A stretch of 64,000 nucleotides of DNA from Gnetum montanum. Taxonomy: Eukaryota > Plantae > Gnetophyta. The translations under genes and the position numbers were made by a program. Positions 62,093-64,000 of this stretch are shown one piece after another. Position 1 is the first letter of the stretch, and every line of letters begins with the position of its first letter. The notes beneath the pieces were generated by a model that did not search any database, was not told the DNA's origin, and saw only the letters and a program-made list of their open reading frames with translations. The stretch covers positions 150,742 to 214,741 of the forward strand of contig MNCI01002540.1 in the NCBI GenBank assembly GCA_015680685.1, given 5' to 3'.

Positions 62093-64000
62093 TGATGAGT
62101 AGTGAGGTTCTCCTACATCCAACCATACAAATCACAAAGCGTTCATGCGTGATTCGGTTGAATTCCGTAGACTTTGTTGTTTCCAGCGCACTAGCCTTTT
62201 AAGAAGTGAATCTATCCTTAAGGTCAATCGTTGTCTTCCCAATTACACTTGTAACGTTTGTTGGTATGGTTAAGTGTAACTAAGGCATTTGATTTTTATC
62301 ATTTTTATGTTTTATAGTTGGGTGCTTGAAATGTAGATAAAAGGAATTTGATTAACTAATCTAAATTAATTAATTAACTAGCATTTAACTAATCCTAACA
62401 TAAGCATTCGATCCCACTTTTCGTACATGTCCTAAACCCATGTATCTGCTACTGGGTGACCAAGCGCTACGCTTCTGGGCATACCAAGCAATAATGCTGC
62501 TGGAATTACCAAGCAAATACGTGTTATGCTCGAAGTGATCGTACTTATGTGTGTAATCTTTCTCGCTTAATTGCTTCATTAATGTAATAACTGGAAAATA
62601 TTTAATAACTAATTGAAAGCATTTAATAAATAATCAGAAATAGTAAATGCATAAATAAAATAGCTAATCTATCCAAAGTGTTGCAAGGTTTATCAGAATG
62701 CTCATCTTTATTGTTGCACACACTATTGTGCTCAGGTACAACAATGCTCGAATAAAGATCCTTACGCTCAATTACTCTTACTACGGGAACTTGGCAGAAT
62801 AATTCTAACTTTTGAATGGAAAAAATGCAAGAGCTCCACTACAACTACAATCTACTTATGCCATAAATGTAGTTGTAAGCGTGTATTTATAGCCAAAAAT
62901 CAAGAAAACTGACATTGCGTCAATGGGGGCTCGTTGACACATGGTAAGATGCATCAACTAGGCCTTGTCAACGAGGCCATGTCAATGAGGCCTCGTCAAC
63001 ATAGCCAACTTGATGTGAGTCATCATACCCCTCAATTGAATGAAAACTTATCCTCGAGTTTTATTACAAAATTGGGAAGGTATGGGATTATTGATTGAAT
63101 TTTCTTCACACAAAACAAACTGATTTATTTAACAAAAAATGGAGTGTATAGATCAACACATTATAAAAAATGAAGGTGTTTAGGACACAAAATTGATCAC
63201 CATGATTCAACTCTTCAAAAATTGGACAACACGTTCCTTAATGGTGTGAAGCTTGTTGGAGAAGATCAAACGGTCCTAGGTGGTGGTGGTTCCTAAGGCT
63301 CCAAGGGATCTTCACCATTTTCATGCATTGGCAATGGTTGAGGTGGCTACAGTTGTCCTACTACTGCTACGACTTCAAGCAAGAGGTGGAAAACATCTAG
63401 AAGTGCTTTCATTTTCTCCTCCTTACTCCTAGGATCATGCACCGTCCATGTAGCTTTCCCAATATGGGTTGGAATCAGCATAGTCAAAGGACACAGGATT
63501 GCTAGAAACAACTCCTTAGCATTGATGAAACTAGGTAGCAAACTATTTGCATTCAATGTTGAATGCTCTCATTGTGTTCTTCAGCTCCTGGCAGTCATTT
63601 ATCCATTTGGCTAGGTTCTCAATGAAAGATTGTTGATCTCTAAATCATCCTCTGAGAACTTCGAGTTCAACGTTAGCATTCTCAAGCTTTTGCTTGGTGT
63701 CCTTGTGGTGTTTAAACTTGGCCTTGTATAGCAGATACAAGCTGGCCACTTATTTTTCTAACTTTGACCATGGCTATCCAGCAGTTAGCATTCCTAGGCT
63801 TACATAACGGAGATTGGCCAACTCCGTGTACTTTATCATCTTCTTGATTTGCAACTCCTTCAAGCAGATCTCCACTTTGTTATAGGCATTAGCCTTATCA
63901 AGGATGGGTTGCCACATCTCTCTTCCTTGCTAGAGTTGTTGTAGGGTTTCATTCATTTTCACCTTTGTCATTTGGATTTATTTTTCATTTAGTTCCTTTT
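62093..64000 (-). mobile_element. Element F: A-family Athila-like element, 3' LTR (63025..62093), PPT and end of the accessory ORF; continues beyond the window
   Basis: LTR termini TGATG...CATCA; ctcgaggataag..gaggggta PPT region as in A, D and E; 63350-63950 is homologous to A about 52480-53090 at DNA and protein level. Confidence 0.88.

Overview
Plant nuclear DNA from a large, heavily methylated genome; the species cannot be assigned from sequence alone. The only intact host gene is a minus-strand, 3-exon R2R3-MYB of subgroup 1 (MYB30/31/60/94/96 type) at <1..1563, followed by about 5 kb of CpG-retaining upstream DNA. Most of the window is one nested transposon stack. An old LINE is split at 7773/54240 by an Athila-like Ty3/gypsy element A (7774..54239, TSD GAAAG). 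A contains a giant Tat/Ogre-like element B (14685..43152) and a gag-only element E (45560..50525, minus). B in turn contains a copia/SIRE-like LTR C (21220..22462) and a gag-protease-only element D (29061..35517). A further A-family element F starts at 62093 (minus, partial). The most unusual feature is in B: protease and RT are separated by a spacer of about 9 kb (net of nested inserts) that carries a decayed multi-exon ANTISENSE gene. That gene appears to encode an FCP1/NIF-type phosphatase-like domain, a transposon-protein-like domain and a coiled coil. In both A and B, the region upstream of the accessory gene carries the same family-specific CG-containing palindrome array as the element's own LTR, suggesting element-encoded regulatory or anti-silencing modules. 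All TE ORFs are pseudogenised, largely by C>T and G>A changes. All alignments and translations were done by eye.
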